Made by a program: the position numbers and the translations under genes
Notes under the pieces: model-generated
The model's input: the letters and a program-made list of their open reading frames with translations, nothing else
Database searches by the model: none
Told to the model about the DNA's origin: nothing
Source: Macrostomum lignano
Lineage: Eukaryota
Reading direction: 5' to 3'
Length of the DNA stretch: 64,000 nucleotides
Assembly (NCBI GenBank): GCA_002269645.1
Contig: NIVC01000438.1
Coordinates: 349,379-413,378, forward strand
Shown here: piece by piece, positions 12,954 through 25,947 of the stretch
Numbering within the stretch: the first letter of the stretch is position 1
Layout: the number at the start of each line of letters is the position of its first letter

Positions 12954-13847
12954 CAGGGGTCAGCAAACCTTTTACCTCAAGGGCCAGATTGCGAACCTAG
13001 CGCAATGACTGCCCTTCTGGGTCCGCTTCGCTGGCCCCCCTAAGCGAAACGCGCGCGTACATGTACGTCCAGGAGTCCCTGATGACTGCGGGCTATAGGG
13101 AGAGAGGATAGGGAATAGGGAGAAGAGAAATACGAGAGCAGGAGAAAGGAGGGGCGAAAGAATAAAGGAGAAATAAAGAGGAGAATAAAGAGTAGACGAG
13201 AAGAGAGATAAAATAGGAGAGGAGAGAGGAGAGCGGAGATGTATGAGGAGAGGAGAGTCGAAATATGAGAGAGAGGAGATAAGGAGAGGAGAGAGGAGGG
13301 AAGGGAGAATAGAATGGAGAGGAAACGGGAGATTAGAGGAGACGAGAGAGGTGAGGAGAGGTGAGGAGATGAGAGGAGAGGAGAGATATGAGGAGAGGAT
13401 AGGAGAGGAGAGGAGAGAAGAGAGGGGAGGAGAGGTGAGGGGATGTGAGGAGAGGAAAGGAGAGGAGAGGAGAGGAGAGGAGAGGAAAGGAGAGAGAGAG
13501 AGGAGAGGAGAGGAAAGAAGAGGAGAGGAGAGGAGAGGAAAGGAGAGAGAGGAGAGGAGAGGTGAGGAGAGGAAAGGAGAGGAGAGGACAGGAGAGAGGT
13601 GATAAGAGGTGAGAAGATGAGAGGAAAGGAGAGAGAGAGGAGAGGAGAGGAGAGGAGAGGAGAGGAGAGGAGAGGAGAGGAGAGGAGAGGAGATGACAGT
13701 ACAGGAGAATATGAGAAGAGAGAGCTGAGAAGACAAAAACATCGAGCGGGCCGGATTGCTATTGTGAAGATTCAAAGGACCCAAGGGCCGGATAGAGAGG
13801 CTTTGCGGGCTACATTAGGCCCTCAGGCCGGAGTTTGCCAACCCCTG
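12954..13847. mobile_element. hAT-type non-autonomous element with an internal ~650 bp (GGAGA)n tract
   Basis: TIRs caggggtcagcaaac / gtttgccaacccctg; 8-bp TSD ttttagtg/ttttagta (7/8). CAGGGG ends and an 8-bp TSD are typical of hAT. Confidence 0.8.
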
Positions 13848-14271
13848 TTTTAGTATTCAGCCCTTTTACTTTGGCAACTCTGATCGAAATTCCGAGTCCG
13901 CCGCAATCCCAAGATTTAAACCGCTGCTGGCGCTGCAACTAAAAGCACAAAAATGCCGTCAGATAAAATATAGAGACAGCGCCAAGAGGAACTGAAAGAG
14001 GCAGTTAATTGCCCTGGCAATTTTCATTCATTTGAGATATATCACTAAATAAATTGATAGTGCAGCGCAGTTGCGCAATGTTTGAATTAGTTGAAAATTC
14101 GAACATTTTTCAGACTTTGGCTACTTCCAACACAGAATTGAATATTGGCCTGGTTGTCACAATTAGTGTCGCAAGCAGGAGTTAGGGTGCCCCTTAGATT
14201 ACAAAAAATCATGTGCAATGTGCCCTCCCTCCAATAGCCCCCCCCCCCCACTTTGAAGTATGTTTCGACAC

Positions 14272-14478
14272 CACTGGCCAGCTGAAGCCGAAGCAGGCGG
14301 GCCTCACAGAGCAGAGCTCGGCGCATTCCAACCTGCCGAGACCTGGCGCCGACTCCATGGCAGCTGGAGCCGAGATGCTGTGCAGTTTTACGGCAGCAAA
14401 CATGATTTGGGATGTCGTGACTGCCGAGAATGCGAGTCCAGACAGAGACAGCAGCAGAAGGAGCGGGCCTTGCCTCAT
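14272..14478 (-). pseudogene. Lectin unit A: signal peptide + 3'-truncated PAN-like exon, no F-lectin exon
   Basis: MRQGPLLLLLSLSGLAFSAV...ECAELCSVRPACFGFSW, then an abrupt switch to a cagtggtgtcgaaac...poly-G element. Confidence 0.8.
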
Positions 14479-15356
14479 GTCTCAAGACTTGCTGTGTAGC
14501 AGGGCTGATGGAGACTTGTGCATGGCCAAACTTCACTGCGTGTCTCCTTATAAAAATTGCATCCAAGCCCTAATGGAAGCCTAGCTAATAGCGGGGCAGT
14601 CGAACAGGAAATTGAAACGATGCGAAAGCAAACAAAAGAGTTTCACGCTCTACCGGAAGTGTTTACCGGAAGCGTCAGAGAAAGTCAGCTTCATGGGATG
14701 TTGGCTTAGTCTTAAATTTTATTCATGCATGAATGATAAATCTTCTATCGGGAGGAGGAGCTACTATGCATGATGCATTATGGCATACCCTGGTAGCTTT
14801 TGAATTCTAAAAGCGATGCCTAATGTATCTTTTTTTCACTACATTTAGAAACTTTTTTGCTTTGAATATTGTCGGAACAGCAACTTTTACCCAGGATGAT
14901 TGACAAGCAAAGGCGATGAGAAAAAAATCAACGGGGCCGTGAAAAACATCATTTGGTCTGTGTCTAAGCTCATTTGGTCTGTTGGAAAATAAGATTTTCT
15001 TTGGCAGCCTACTTCTTCGTTTCGGTTAGGGTTGCGGTTTCTGGTTGCGAGTTCGAATCTTCCACTGAGCTCGGCAAGGACCAACTTTTTCCAGAATCGG
15101 TCCGACTGTCACTACCGACTTGCAGTCAACCAACTGTCTAGGATGTGCCTCGCCTCACACTTGTTTGCTACCCAATTTGTACGGTTGGTTTAGTTGCTGC
15201 AGATTCGAGCTCGTGACTTAAGCGGCGCACGCTCGTATGCCAAATTTGAAATAAACTTTCCGTAAAATAGCGTTTAAAGAAGTAGAGTTTAGAATGGATG
15301 TGCACATTTTTGTGAAAATGCTGATAACGGTTCTGCGAAAGTCTGCAATAGCGTGA

Positions 15357-15432
15357 CTGAGTGCCGTAGCCCAGCGGTCTACCGCGACGCTCTTACATGC
15401 CTGCGGCCCGGGCTCAATTCCAACTGCAGTCA
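15357..15432 (+). other. Degenerate tRNA-like / tRNA-derived SINE head
   Basis: A-box-like tagcccagcgg and B-box-like gggctcaattcc at tRNA spacing; stems pair poorly. Confidence 0.4.
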
Positions 15433-16164
15433 CAGTAATTTGGGGCTAAAATCGAATCTCGGCTTGGCTCGATCTGCTCGTGCAACTAACGCCCTTAAGG
15501 CCGGCCAACCCTCAAGGCACAATGAAGTGTACATGTGCTTGTGCGTGTGACTGCGTATGTATCAGTGCGCTTGTGTGCCTACTTAGGGGAGTCAGCGCAA
15601 TGGGCAGTAATGCCTCTCGCCGGTTGTGTGACAATGTCGCTTAAACTGCGCCAGGGTGCACACAGCCCCTGCCAAAAATCATAGCGTGCCTGCATTTACA
15701 TGTGCGAGCGTATGTAGAAGCTGCTAGATATGCAATTTCCTCAAATTGTATGCAAACAACAATATCAGCTGGTTATGAAGCCTTACTTGTTTGTACTTGT
15801 CAAACAGTTCCTGGTTTGTCAAGACCCACCACCCTAAAAAGAAATTAAAGCACAAAAAAGTAGAAACAATGTCTATATATCAATGGGGTGAATTCAGAAA
15901 TTCAAGCCCAGGGAGACCGGTTTGGCATATGAGCTACCGTATACAGGGCAAACATAGCAAGCAGCTTTCTTTGACACCGACTTCGAACAAATTATGCTAG
16001 GACAATAGCCAATTGGATCCCGGACATTGTTTGTCTTCACTTCTTTTTCCATTTCGTATTCGACTTTCTTAGTCTTCACTCACGAATAGATTTTTACTAG
16101 GAGAAACACAGCGAAGATTTTCCACAAGTCTCAATCAACCCAGGTGCGAGGTAAGTCTTGAAAC

Positions 16165-16857
16165 ATGAGGCAATCCACTCCTGCTGCTGTCTCTGTCTGG
16201 ACTCGCATTCTCGGCTGTCATGACATCCCAAATCATGTTTGCTGTCGTAAAAGTGCACAACATCTCGACTCCAGCTGCCATGGAGTCTGCGCCAGGACTC
16301 GGCAGGTTGGAATGCGCCGAGCTCTGCTCTGTGAGGCCCGCCTGCTTCGGCTTCAGCTGGCTGCAGGGTCTGTGCCGGCTCTTTGACTGGCTGGCGTTCA
16401 GCAGCCCGGATGGCTGGCAGGTCTCGGAGTCATGCGACGTGTACACCATGACTATAATACGTAAGTATATTGATTGCATAGTTGTTTAAGAAATGAAATC
16501 AAGTGACAGAAACTCGATGACGCCATTGCAACTCAACAGGACCCGTCCAGCCCAGCCTTGCTGGCTGCAACCAGAGCTCCACAAGAGGCGGATTCTGCGA
16601 ACGAGCTATCGATGGAAACAGGGAAACAGGGACCAAATCTTCATGCATCTGTCCTGAAGCAATGCCGACGACGATGTCGTCGGATTGGTGGGAGGGGTAG
16701 CTGGCCGCTCCATCGCTTGTCTCTTACGTCACCATCTACAACAGGCAGGACTGCTGCACTGAGTGACTCAACAAATTCTCGCTGCAGGTGGACGGCGTCG
16801 AGTGCAACCGAGTGAGCCTGACGGTGCCGTTCTCCGTGGCCAACTTCAGCTGCCTTT
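16165..16857 (+). pseudogene. Lectin unit B (inverted copy): PAN exon + F-type lectin exon, disabled
   Basis: 5-nt deletion in the signal peptide relative to unit A (frameshift); donor gtaagt at 16461; lectin exon has a frameshift after AIDGNR and in-frame stops (WWEG*LAAPS, DCCTE*LNK). Confidence 0.85.
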
Positions 16858-17257
16858 AGGCGAACGCTGGAGCCTCATGCATGTCAGCGGCTCAGTGCGG
16901 AATGCGGATGCAAATCGCGTCCAATATGGAAACATAGGCAGTGGTGTTTACAGCTCGCCTTTAAAGAACAAGTGCGCTCGTACAATCGAATAACATCAAA
17001 TACTGCAAACATTAAGCTATCTCAAATTTTAACATTTAGCTAGCTACTATTACGGCCAGGAAGTCAAATTTTAGGAAACTTTTGAAAGTGTCGAGCTGAT
17101 TACATAACATGTGGCATTGCAATATTTAATTTGTTTTCTTAGTCTTAGTTAATTTGTTTCATTCAGCGCTTTTAAATCTTGGATCTCATGTAAGGCATGA
17201 TATGTACTCTGGTGATTGGAGTCGCAACTGTCCGCAGCCGTTGCAGGTGTGTGCTGT

Positions 17258-17480
17258 GTACACTGTGATACTGCTGTGTACTGTGATACTGCTGTGTACT
17301 GTGATACTGCTGTGTACTGTGATACTGCTGTGTACTGTGATACTGCTGTGTACTGTGATACTGCTGTGTACTGTGATACTGCTGTGTACTGTGATACTGC
17401 TGTGTACTGTGATACTGCTGTGTACTATGATACTGCTGTGTACTGTGATACTGCTGTGTACTGTGATACTGCTGTGTACA
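17258..17480. repeat. 18-bp minisatellite (tgtgtactgtgatactgc), ~12 copies
   Basis: Near-perfect tandem array; gives the VILLCT / DTAVYC pseudo-ORFs. Confidence 0.93.
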
Positions 17481-17954
17481 CGGGTAAGTTACAGTAAGAT
17501 AATAATAATAATGTATTACACCTGCCCTAATGGCCAGATGTGCAACCTACAGCTCAGCCGCAGCTATTGCGCGGTGCATCTGAAGGCTGCGTACGGCTGT
17601 TCAGTCCGAGGACTGGGGGGTCGCCATATCCACCCTCAATTACCCCAACTAATACGACTGGCACCCATTTTACAGCTCGGTGAACTGAAGCAATGCAGAG
17701 TTCTTTGGTACCTGTTACTAAAACGTACCAAAAATATCGAGAAGACGAAGAGGGTTCTAGTGAGCAGTAGTTTGTTAGTAACCTGTATATTTAGTAGCAG
17801 TAGTAGGGAGCGAGGTGGGATTAGATTGGTGCTATGTCTGCTGTTTTCAAATGCAAGTACATGTAAGCCTAGAGAGGGCATAATTCTTTAACCAATTGCC
17901 GCCTGCAAACGTCGGCTGGCAAACGTCGGCTGGCAAACGTCGGCTGGCAAACGT

Positions 17955-18062
17955 CGCTATCCCCAGAGTTCAGTGTCTTGCTCAAGGACACAAATTGCTT
18001 CTAGTGGGATCAGGAATCGAACCCACGACCTACAAGTGGTGTGTCAGACGCTCTGACCACCC
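17955..18062 (-). mobile_element. tRNA-derived SINE fragment with a central gtgtccttgagcaagacact box
   Basis: Minus strand reads gtggtcagagc (A-box-like) ... gggttcgattcc (B box) ... gtgtccttgagcaagacactgaactc, resembling the conserved central box of V-/Meta-type SINEs. Confidence 0.6.
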
Positions 18063-18477
18063 TCTTAAGTTAAAGTGGTATGAATACGTAAAAAGAACAT
18101 TGGGTATGCGAGCTTTTATATATCCTATATTAATTATATCCCATATTTATTATACTTAGTCTATAGACACGAAATACCGCTTAAGGAGGGAGCTCACACA
18201 AACGTACGAGGAACCCCCCCCCCTCTTGCAAAGCGGCACCGGACTCACGACCCGGTGCAACTGTTTAAACAACATTCAAGTGAACTGCTCTCTGGTGAAG
18301 GTCGGGCGGTTGCAGCTTGGGCGGCTCTATGCTTAACAGCAATAACAGGGTCAAAGAGTTGCAGCCATCAGATTTAAGTGGACTGAAGATTGCCACGCCT
18401 CAATATGGCAAAAGGCGAAGCAAGATAAGACAAGATTGCCGAAAGCGTGGCATGTATAATCAGCCACTGATAATGGC

Positions 18478-18625
18478 TCACTCGGTTGCACTCGCTGCAG
18501 TTCATGCGCAAGGAGAACTCGTTGAATCGGCCAGTCTGTTATAGATGGTGACGTAAGAGTAAGATACAAACGATGGAGCGGCCTGCTGCGCCTCCCACAA
18601 TTCGATTTGGATTCTGCCTTGCGTC
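18478..18625 (-). pseudogene. Lectin unit C: partial F-type lectin fragment
   Basis: Decayed WWEGQ..APSFVS..YVTIYN..ECNRV homology with indels. Confidence 0.75.
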
Positions 18626-19068
18626 CTTAAGGTAGAATAAAAAATTACTTAATCAATTTCGAGATGATATCTCTAGAAATCTACCGATTAAGAGAAGCAA
18701 CCTGATTCAGTGTAGTGGAGCGATGGCCCTTCTCCATCAGCAGCCCGCTTTATGGATCAAATTGAAAGTATCCACACGGAACATCGACACGAAGGGCTTC
18801 AAACTTATAAAATATGTCAGTGCTGTTTGATTTGAAAACCGATTCGACTTGCTAAATGCTTTTTGGGGTCCCATAAACTAAAAAGCAAAAATACTTAAAC
18901 TTCCAATCTGCAAGGCATACTCATTTTTGAATGCTTGAAAGTTTCTGCAGAAGGTTCTTAAACTTTTATTGATTGCTCCTGTTTTCATATCACGGCCGTT
19001 CAGTTTCTCAAAATTACAGCTTGCAGTTCCATTCTGCAGGTCGCTGAGGCCATTCGCCACCAGCTCAG

Positions 19069-19889
19069 CTACAGCCTGTAAGCCTCGATCTCGCAAATGG
19101 TAAGGTACCCGGTGCGCAGGTTCGTCACCCGAACTTGTCTACCGAAGGCGTTGCAGCTAAAGTTGGCCACGGAGAACGGCACCGTCAGGTTCACTCGGTT
19201 GCACTCGACGCCATTCACCTGCAGCGAGAATATTTTTAGCCAATTAGTGCAGCAGTCCAGCCTGTTGTAGATGGTGACGTAAGAGACAAACGATGGAGTG
19301 GCCAGCTGCCCCTCCCACCATTCGAACGGGTTGTTTTCAGTGTGGGCGCAGGAATCTCCATAGTAGTCTTGGTTCCTGTTTCCGTCAATTGCTCGTCCGC
19401 AAACGTTCGACCCGTGCGTTGAACTCTGCGAGCAGCTTTCGAGCTTCAGCTGAGTTTGTGGCTGTGAGTCTGGAAGTTATTTGCGGTCAAAATAATGTTA
19501 CCACGAGCTTAATTGTCGCGTTCAATTTAGGCACACTATAAATTTGCACAGAGTGAATTAGTCAAGTTCCTAATACTAGTGCATAACATCTTACCGACAA
19601 TCCTGGTGTACACGTCACATGACTCCGATGCCTGCCAGTCATCCGTGCTGCTGAACGCCAGCCAGTCAAAGAGTCGGCACAGACCCTGCAGCCAGCTGAA
19701 GCCGAAGCAGGCGGGCCTCAAAGCGCAGAGCGTGGCGCAGTACATTGAATCTCTGCCAGGCAGGGTCTCCATGGCAACTGGAGTCGAGTTGCTGCGCAGT
19801 TTGACTGCCATGAATTGGATGTGGATGCTCATGGCAAACGAAACTTCCCATGTAGAGCATAGCAGCAGCAGCAGCAGAATTAGCTTCAT
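19069..19889 (-). CDS. Lectin unit D: secreted PAN-like + F-type lectin protein (intact; exons 19889-19595, 19469-19069)
   Basis: Signal peptide MKLILLLLLLCSTWEVSFA; CATLC...C.GFSW..GLC.L PAN core; phase-1 GT-AG intron; AIDGNRNQDYYGDSCAHTENNPFEWW...YNRLDCCTNWL...CEIEAYRL*. Confidence 0.9.
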
Positions 19890-21101
19890 CTTTAGCTAGC
19901 AGAAGCTGCAGGTGTCAGTGTTCAGTTTCACGTCGATTTTAAGAGTTGAGGTTTTTTCGTAGTGTGCGACGTCTATGATTATTGGCACGCTCTATCCCTC
20001 TTCCAGACTAGGCAAGCCGCTTGCTTCATTTTGACTTTGCCCATGCATGGAAGCATGGCCGTGAGTTTGCTCTACAAAGAAGGAAGATACACCAGCTAGT
20101 TAGTGTGAGATTGGCGGGCTGTCTTGCTGTGTAAACGACAGGTCACGAGAAAAATGTTTTTAGGCTGACTACATTTAATGGGTGCAAAGCTTTTAGAAGG
20201 AACAAGCAAATTTTTAACTGTCAAATATTATTGGTGACAGCCGTGCGCGGGGTTTTTGTCGCCATGACGACGGATACTCAACAAAAGCAATGGGAAGCGG
20301 CAGAAGTAGATGAAATATCTTGTATTGAGTATGAGTATTTAGTAATTCGCTAAACTATCTGCTGTGAGTAATAGAGTGAATAAAACTGTATCAGATTTAT
20401 TGAAATTCGAAGCCAATATTGCTTTAAGTCTACCCAGTGAAAGGTAGTTGCTGTTTTAAGAAACACCCCTGTTTGGCCAATCGAATTACCGCTGACATTT
20501 TGAAACTAATGCGTAAATCTCCGTTTCCTAGGCGCCAATCCTGACAAAGTGATCAAAGTTAATGGGCGCAGAGTTGAATACCACTGTCTATAGCATCAGA
20601 CAACACAATAAAACGCACGTTGCTCAGATCGACTCCGAGTTTCTCTAACCATTGACCAACTCAATATAAAAGACACGTGCATAAACTACCGACATCACTA
20701 GCCGCAAACAGATTTAAAGGAGTTACACGACAGCACGGACTGCAGCTACCTGGTCAGGCAGAAACTGTCGAAAATTACAGAGTTACAATCTACTGTTGCA
20801 TTACGGTCAATACTCGTACCTTTGAATTAAGCATTTTGCAAGTAGGAAATTTTGCAGCAAGAACATTCAGACCGGTACTTCGAAAACTGCCGCTTAGAGA
20901 CTTGAAGCTATTATACTTTTTGACGGTCCAAATATCATCAGACATACTGCCTAAATGAAATAATACTGCCCAGATTTAACAGTTGATTTCTACTCTGCAT
21001 GCTTGATATATTTGATAAACGTGTTTTCTATGATCTTCGCGTTAGTTACAATGCTGCCTTACTGTTTTGAGTTCTTTGAGTTGACATCGAGACGAGCTCA
21101 G

Positions 21102-21503
21102 CTACAGCGTGTAAGCCTCAATCTCGCAAATGGTCAGGAACTGGCTGAGCAGGTTTGTCACCCGAACTCGGCTGCCGAACGAGTCGCAGCTGAAGGTTGG
21201 CCACGGAGAACGGCACCGTCAGGTTCACTCGGTTGCACTCGACGCCATTCACCTGCAGCGAGAACTCGTTGAGACAGCCAGGGCAGCAGTTCTGCCTGTT
21301 GTAGATGGTGACGTAAGAGACAAACGATGGAGCGACCATCTGCCCCTCCCACCATTCGAACGGGTTTTTATTGGTGCGAGAGCAGGCACCTGAGTATGAG
21401 TCTTGGTTTCGGTTTCCGTCTACTGCCCGGCCACAACGGTAAGGACCCAAGGTTGAGCTCTGCGTGCAGCCATCAAAAGATAGACGATTTGTTCGCCGCA
21501 ACT
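21102..21503 (-). pseudogene. Lectin unit E: orphan F-type lectin exon with a +1 frameshift and no PAN exon
   Basis: Acceptor ttccag intact; exon is 402 nt versus 401 in intact copies (extra C in gccaacCttcagc); binding residues altered (ACSRT, RQNCCPGC). The single indel could be an assembly error. Confidence 0.75.
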
Positions 21504-22649
21504 CTGGAAGTGACAGTCATACTTTTGCTTGGAGATTTAGAGATTTAAATGAATACACTCGTAATTGTACAGCTCACGGATTTTCGACAGGCTCCACTTT
21601 TTAACAGCCGCGTACATGCTTTGCGTCGCCATGACAACCGAAAGGCCGAACGCAAACAATAGAAAAAGCAGCAGGATTGCCCTCATGGTTTACTAGAAAT
21701 TTTGATCAGTTGCTCCATGCGAGTCATTTTTGGAAATCATCGACACTGCTATATAACGGGGGAGGGGTAGCCATTGAAGCAAGCAAAGTCATTGGCTGAA
21801 ATATATAATATGTTGTACCTCTTGTTGTCCGCAGAATAACTCAACTTCCTGTGGGTGAGGCGGCTCAAATCTGAAGTCTTTGATAGTAACGTCGGGTAGT
21901 TGTGCTGCCAGCAGACTTTCCTTCGGGTCTCAGTATCCAATGAGGTGAGGGCCCCAACAGAACGGAGAAATAGCTAACGAAGACGGACGAATTGAGCACA
22001 CCGTCCAAAATTGCAACTCCAAACCACCACCTAGTCAGCAGACCCTCGTCGGTTGTCTAGGTTTCGAATGGGAACTGAGTCACAACAAGCAGTACAATCG
22101 AGGACTCTTAAACAGATACTCGAGGATGAGAAAGCGGAAGGAAGACAATTTACGGAAACGAGCCTGATGGGGTCCGGATTTCTAGACCGAGGAGCTGATT
22201 GCGCAAGTGCCAAGCATGATATCACGTGAGAAACTCACGTGGTATCTATTTTGAGCAACTGATGTCAATTACATGGCTTATAAGGCAAGGGCGCCGAAGT
22301 CCGTGAGCTCTGCCATAAACAAGTTTCCAGGAAAAGCCCAGAAAAAAGGCTTATCACGTGACTAGCTCACATGACAAGGAAAAAGTGAGCCACTTGTGAA
22401 TCTACATAATTCAAAGCTTGGACTGCGATAAGTCTAGAGAACCCAGGGCGTTTAAAACAAAAATGGCGGGTTGGAATAAAAATGCTTGTGATGGATGCAG
22501 CTTGAGTTTATCTTATTGAAAGTAAAAGTGTAAATGTTATCCTCAATTTGCAGACTCCACGTTTACAGACTGCTCAAATTCGACAATTGATAAAAGTCTT
22601 ATATAACTTTTTATTCATACGAGAATTACCAAAAATTTGTCTAAAGAAT

Positions 22650-23900
22650 TGAATATCTTGTAAAAGCGACAAAATTGTTTCTGGCTGCATTCTTGCCTGA
22701 AAAAGCTAGCAATGGATTGGTTCCACTTCAGCATTTCTGACAGCAGTGACGCTTGCATCACCTGTACGCGTACTTACAGCGCATGGCGGTGCTCTAAATT
22801 ATTGCTGTGTTTTTGCAGCAACGGCTTTCACCCGTTATTCAATGGCCTAAATCGCAGATTGGGAGCTGCTCTGAGCAAACACAAGCGAGAGCGCAACAGG
22901 ATGCGGTCAAGCATCGCGACAAAAAACGTTTCGATGACAGTTTTAATTCCCTCATCTTGGCATTGCCGAGGCCTCTCCATAACAACTTCAACAAGCCCTT
23001 AAGTCCCGCTTCCACTGCGCCCTTGAATCAGGCAGATGCTTTATGAGATCATCTTTGCTCGGCTTAAATTTCTTTTAAAAACTATTTGATGAAGGCAACC
23101 ACTGTCGCAGTGCCATCCAGAATCATTTCCAAGAAGTGAAACTCGTTCTAGGATTGGTAAAAGCTCCGCAATTCATAGATCTGTTTGACTTCACTTTAAC
23201 CTTACTCAAAACCTTCTCGGAAGCAGGTCCTCACCGCACCGCAGCCAGCCCTGGAGTATGTATAAGACAACATGGTATGTCTGGCAGGTTAGTCTGGTGT
23301 CACAAGTTCTGTCATTAAAACACCTGGTGACAGGGCTGCGGGTCACTTGAATAACTGAAGTGGAAGAACCCTACACAACAGTTTCTTGGAAATGAGCCAG
23401 AGTCTGGTAAGGAACGCATATTTGTCGTATCATTACTGCGTTTGGTATGCTCTCGAGAATGCGGTTTCGGTTTCGGTACGACAGGCCGGCCTCTCCAGCT
23501 CATTTCTAAGAAATTCGAGTGTTAAATTCTTATTCGTGAGTTCTTAGTTTTAAATATGGATTTCTGTTCTTTGGTGATTGAAGTTTATTAAACTCTGCAC
23601 GGCGCGACACAGAATGTGTTTTCGTTCATGTAACAATGTGGGATTGACTAGATGCCAAAATACCCGAAAATCCGTTGCACAGCTTTTGATGCAAGTGCCG
23701 CTAGCGCACTGCAAACTTGCTGGACTCTTTGTGTGCTTGAGATTAGAGATTGGGATTGGGATTTTGGACTGAGACAGAGACCAAAACTGTACACGCAATA
23801 CTGCAGCCAAAATAGTGATCTCAACGGCAAGCAGACATTGTGGACTGTCGTATCGACCGGTGAGCACTCAATTTCCGCGTTACTCCCTTCCGACTCACGT
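22650..23900 (-). mobile_element. Possible decayed DNA-transposon (hAT-like transposase) remnant
   Basis: Broken reading frames with weak resemblance to hAT motifs (RTCDTRLTCQ; IETFFVAMLDRIL); interrupts the lectin array. Not verified. Confidence 0.25.
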
Positions 23901-24082
23901 ATCCATGCGTAAACGGTAAACTGGATAGTGAAATGGACAAGGGTCACCACATAAGCAGAGTCAATTCTATTTAGGAAGTCAATAGAGATTTTCAAACTTT
24001 CATCAGTGTTGCTTTAATCTTCTAATTTCAATATAATTGAAATTTCAATATTCATCACTGCTGACTTGCAATAACAGCTTGC

Positions 24083-24891
24083 TTAGTAGAGAGTATAGGC
24101 CTCAAGCTCGCAAATCGTTACAGGAAGTTTACAAAGGTTAACAACTCGAACTCGTCTGCCGAAGGCGTTGCAGCTGAAGTTGGCCACGGAGAACGGCACC
24201 GTCAGGCTCACTCGGTTGCACTCGACGCCGTCCACCTGCAGCGAGAATTTGTTGAGTCGCTCAGCGCAGCAGTCCTGCCTGTTGTAGATGGTGACGTAAG
24301 AGACAAACGATGGAGCGGCCAGCTGCCCCTCCCACCATTCGAAGAGGTTGCGGTCCGTGTGGGTGCAGGACAAATCATTAAAATAGTTTTGGTTCCTGTT
24401 TCCGTCGATAGCGTGCTTGCATAATCCGCTGTATATAAAGGCAGTGGAGCTCTGATGGCAGTCAGCAAAGTTCAGCCGTTTCAAGTCTATAAGAGCCATG
24501 TTGATGGAGGAAGCAGGTTGACTTGATCAGGTCTCGTGTGAGTAACAGCTCTATAAGCATATCATCAGAGTGAACAGCAGTTTTTACCTTTTGGCCCGGT
24601 GTACACATCGCATGACTCCCAGACCTGCCAGCCATCCGTGCTGCTGAACGCCAGCCAGTCAAAGAGTCGGCACAGACCCTGCAGCCAGCTGAAGCCGAAG
24701 CAGGCGGGCTTCACAGAACAGAGCTCGGCGCATTCCAACCTGCCGAGTCCTGGCGCCGACTCCATGGCAGCTGGAGTCGAGATGCTGCGCATTCGAACTG
24801 CCGAGTACACCATTGGCGTCTCCATGACAACAGAAACTGCGATCGCAAAAAGAATTAGCAGTAGAAGTAGGCGTTTTTGGCGCATTTCCAA
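24083..24891 (-). CDS. Lectin unit F: secreted PAN-like + F-type lectin protein (intact; exons 24891-24588, 24486-24083)
   Basis: In-frame phase-1 join; AIDGN motif and canonical H-x26-R-x-D-x4-R (SCTHT...RQDCCAER). Confidence 0.92.
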
Positions 24892-25947
24892 GTTGAAAAC
24901 CTAATTTGTAAGGAACAGGCTACTTTTATCTCTTTGCTCTTGTCTCAAGCACTGACGAAATCTAGTTCCTTTTTATTCTAGTGTCCTTTAGTCTCGACCA
25001 CACACCTGAACTCAAAACTCAAGCTGTATTCCCATGGACGCCTCAAAAATACGATTCAGTGTGCGTGTGCTGAAAGTGGAGACTTTTATCTTTAAGGCAT
25101 CACCTTTCTTGCTTAATACCCTATTGTAGCTTCTGCATCTCAAACTAGTGGTAGCCGTCAAATTTCAAATTGGCAGCTCTTGAACTCAGCATAAAACACA
25201 CAGGCTGTAGAATCTAATTTAGCGAACAGGTGCACAGGCTCTTTGATAGCCCCTGTGGGAATTTTCTATCTGGGACCGTTACCATAGCCAGTCATGGTTT
25301 GCCAGGTTGACGGGCTGCATCTCATCCCATGTATTGGGAGAAGCTGGAGCAGGTTGAGCAGGTTGAGCAGCTGGGATATTGCGCTGCATTGGATAAGATT
25401 ATCAAAGCCAGGTAAAGTTTCAGTCATTTTTTAAAGCCATCGTAAGATAAGATCGTTCTTAGCTCCTATCTTCGTAGTGTAAAAGTTCCAACGTACGACC
25501 GAACTTACGCTTACGACAGCTTTATCTTGCGACCCCAAAGAGCTTTACGCTCGTATATTTATGGTCATAGCAAAGCAAACCTTTCCTGGAAACTGTACTT
25601 GCTTGAAGTTAAAAGGCAGAATTGGTGCGCCCACCTTTAACTGGAGGTTGTGCGATGGCGTTCCCGGAGGCTCTGAATTAGTTTAAGAATTCAGTGGAAA
25701 AAGAGGTTAAGAAGCGACTGCCTGAAAGTTGCTAGCGAAAGTCTCGAAGCCGAAGACCCTACCCCTTACACTGCGGAGCCTCTCTAGTCTTTCGGATTTC
25801 AATACTGGTGGAAACTCGTACAGTCAATTATTTTAATGTGTCAATCGGGATTCTCAAACTGTCAGCTATGTTGCTTTTATTTTCTAATTTCAATATAATT
25901 CTTCCTCTGCTTTTATATTCGCAACTGGCTCGCAATAACTTCCTTGG

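Noticed and set aside
12972-13853. Ser/Pro/Leu and Arg/Gly/Glu ORFs
   Set aside because: They derive from the GA tract inside the hAT MITE.
15357-15432. Functional tRNA gene
   Set aside because: A/B boxes are present but the acceptor and T stems do not pair properly; kept only as a low-confidence SINE-like relic.
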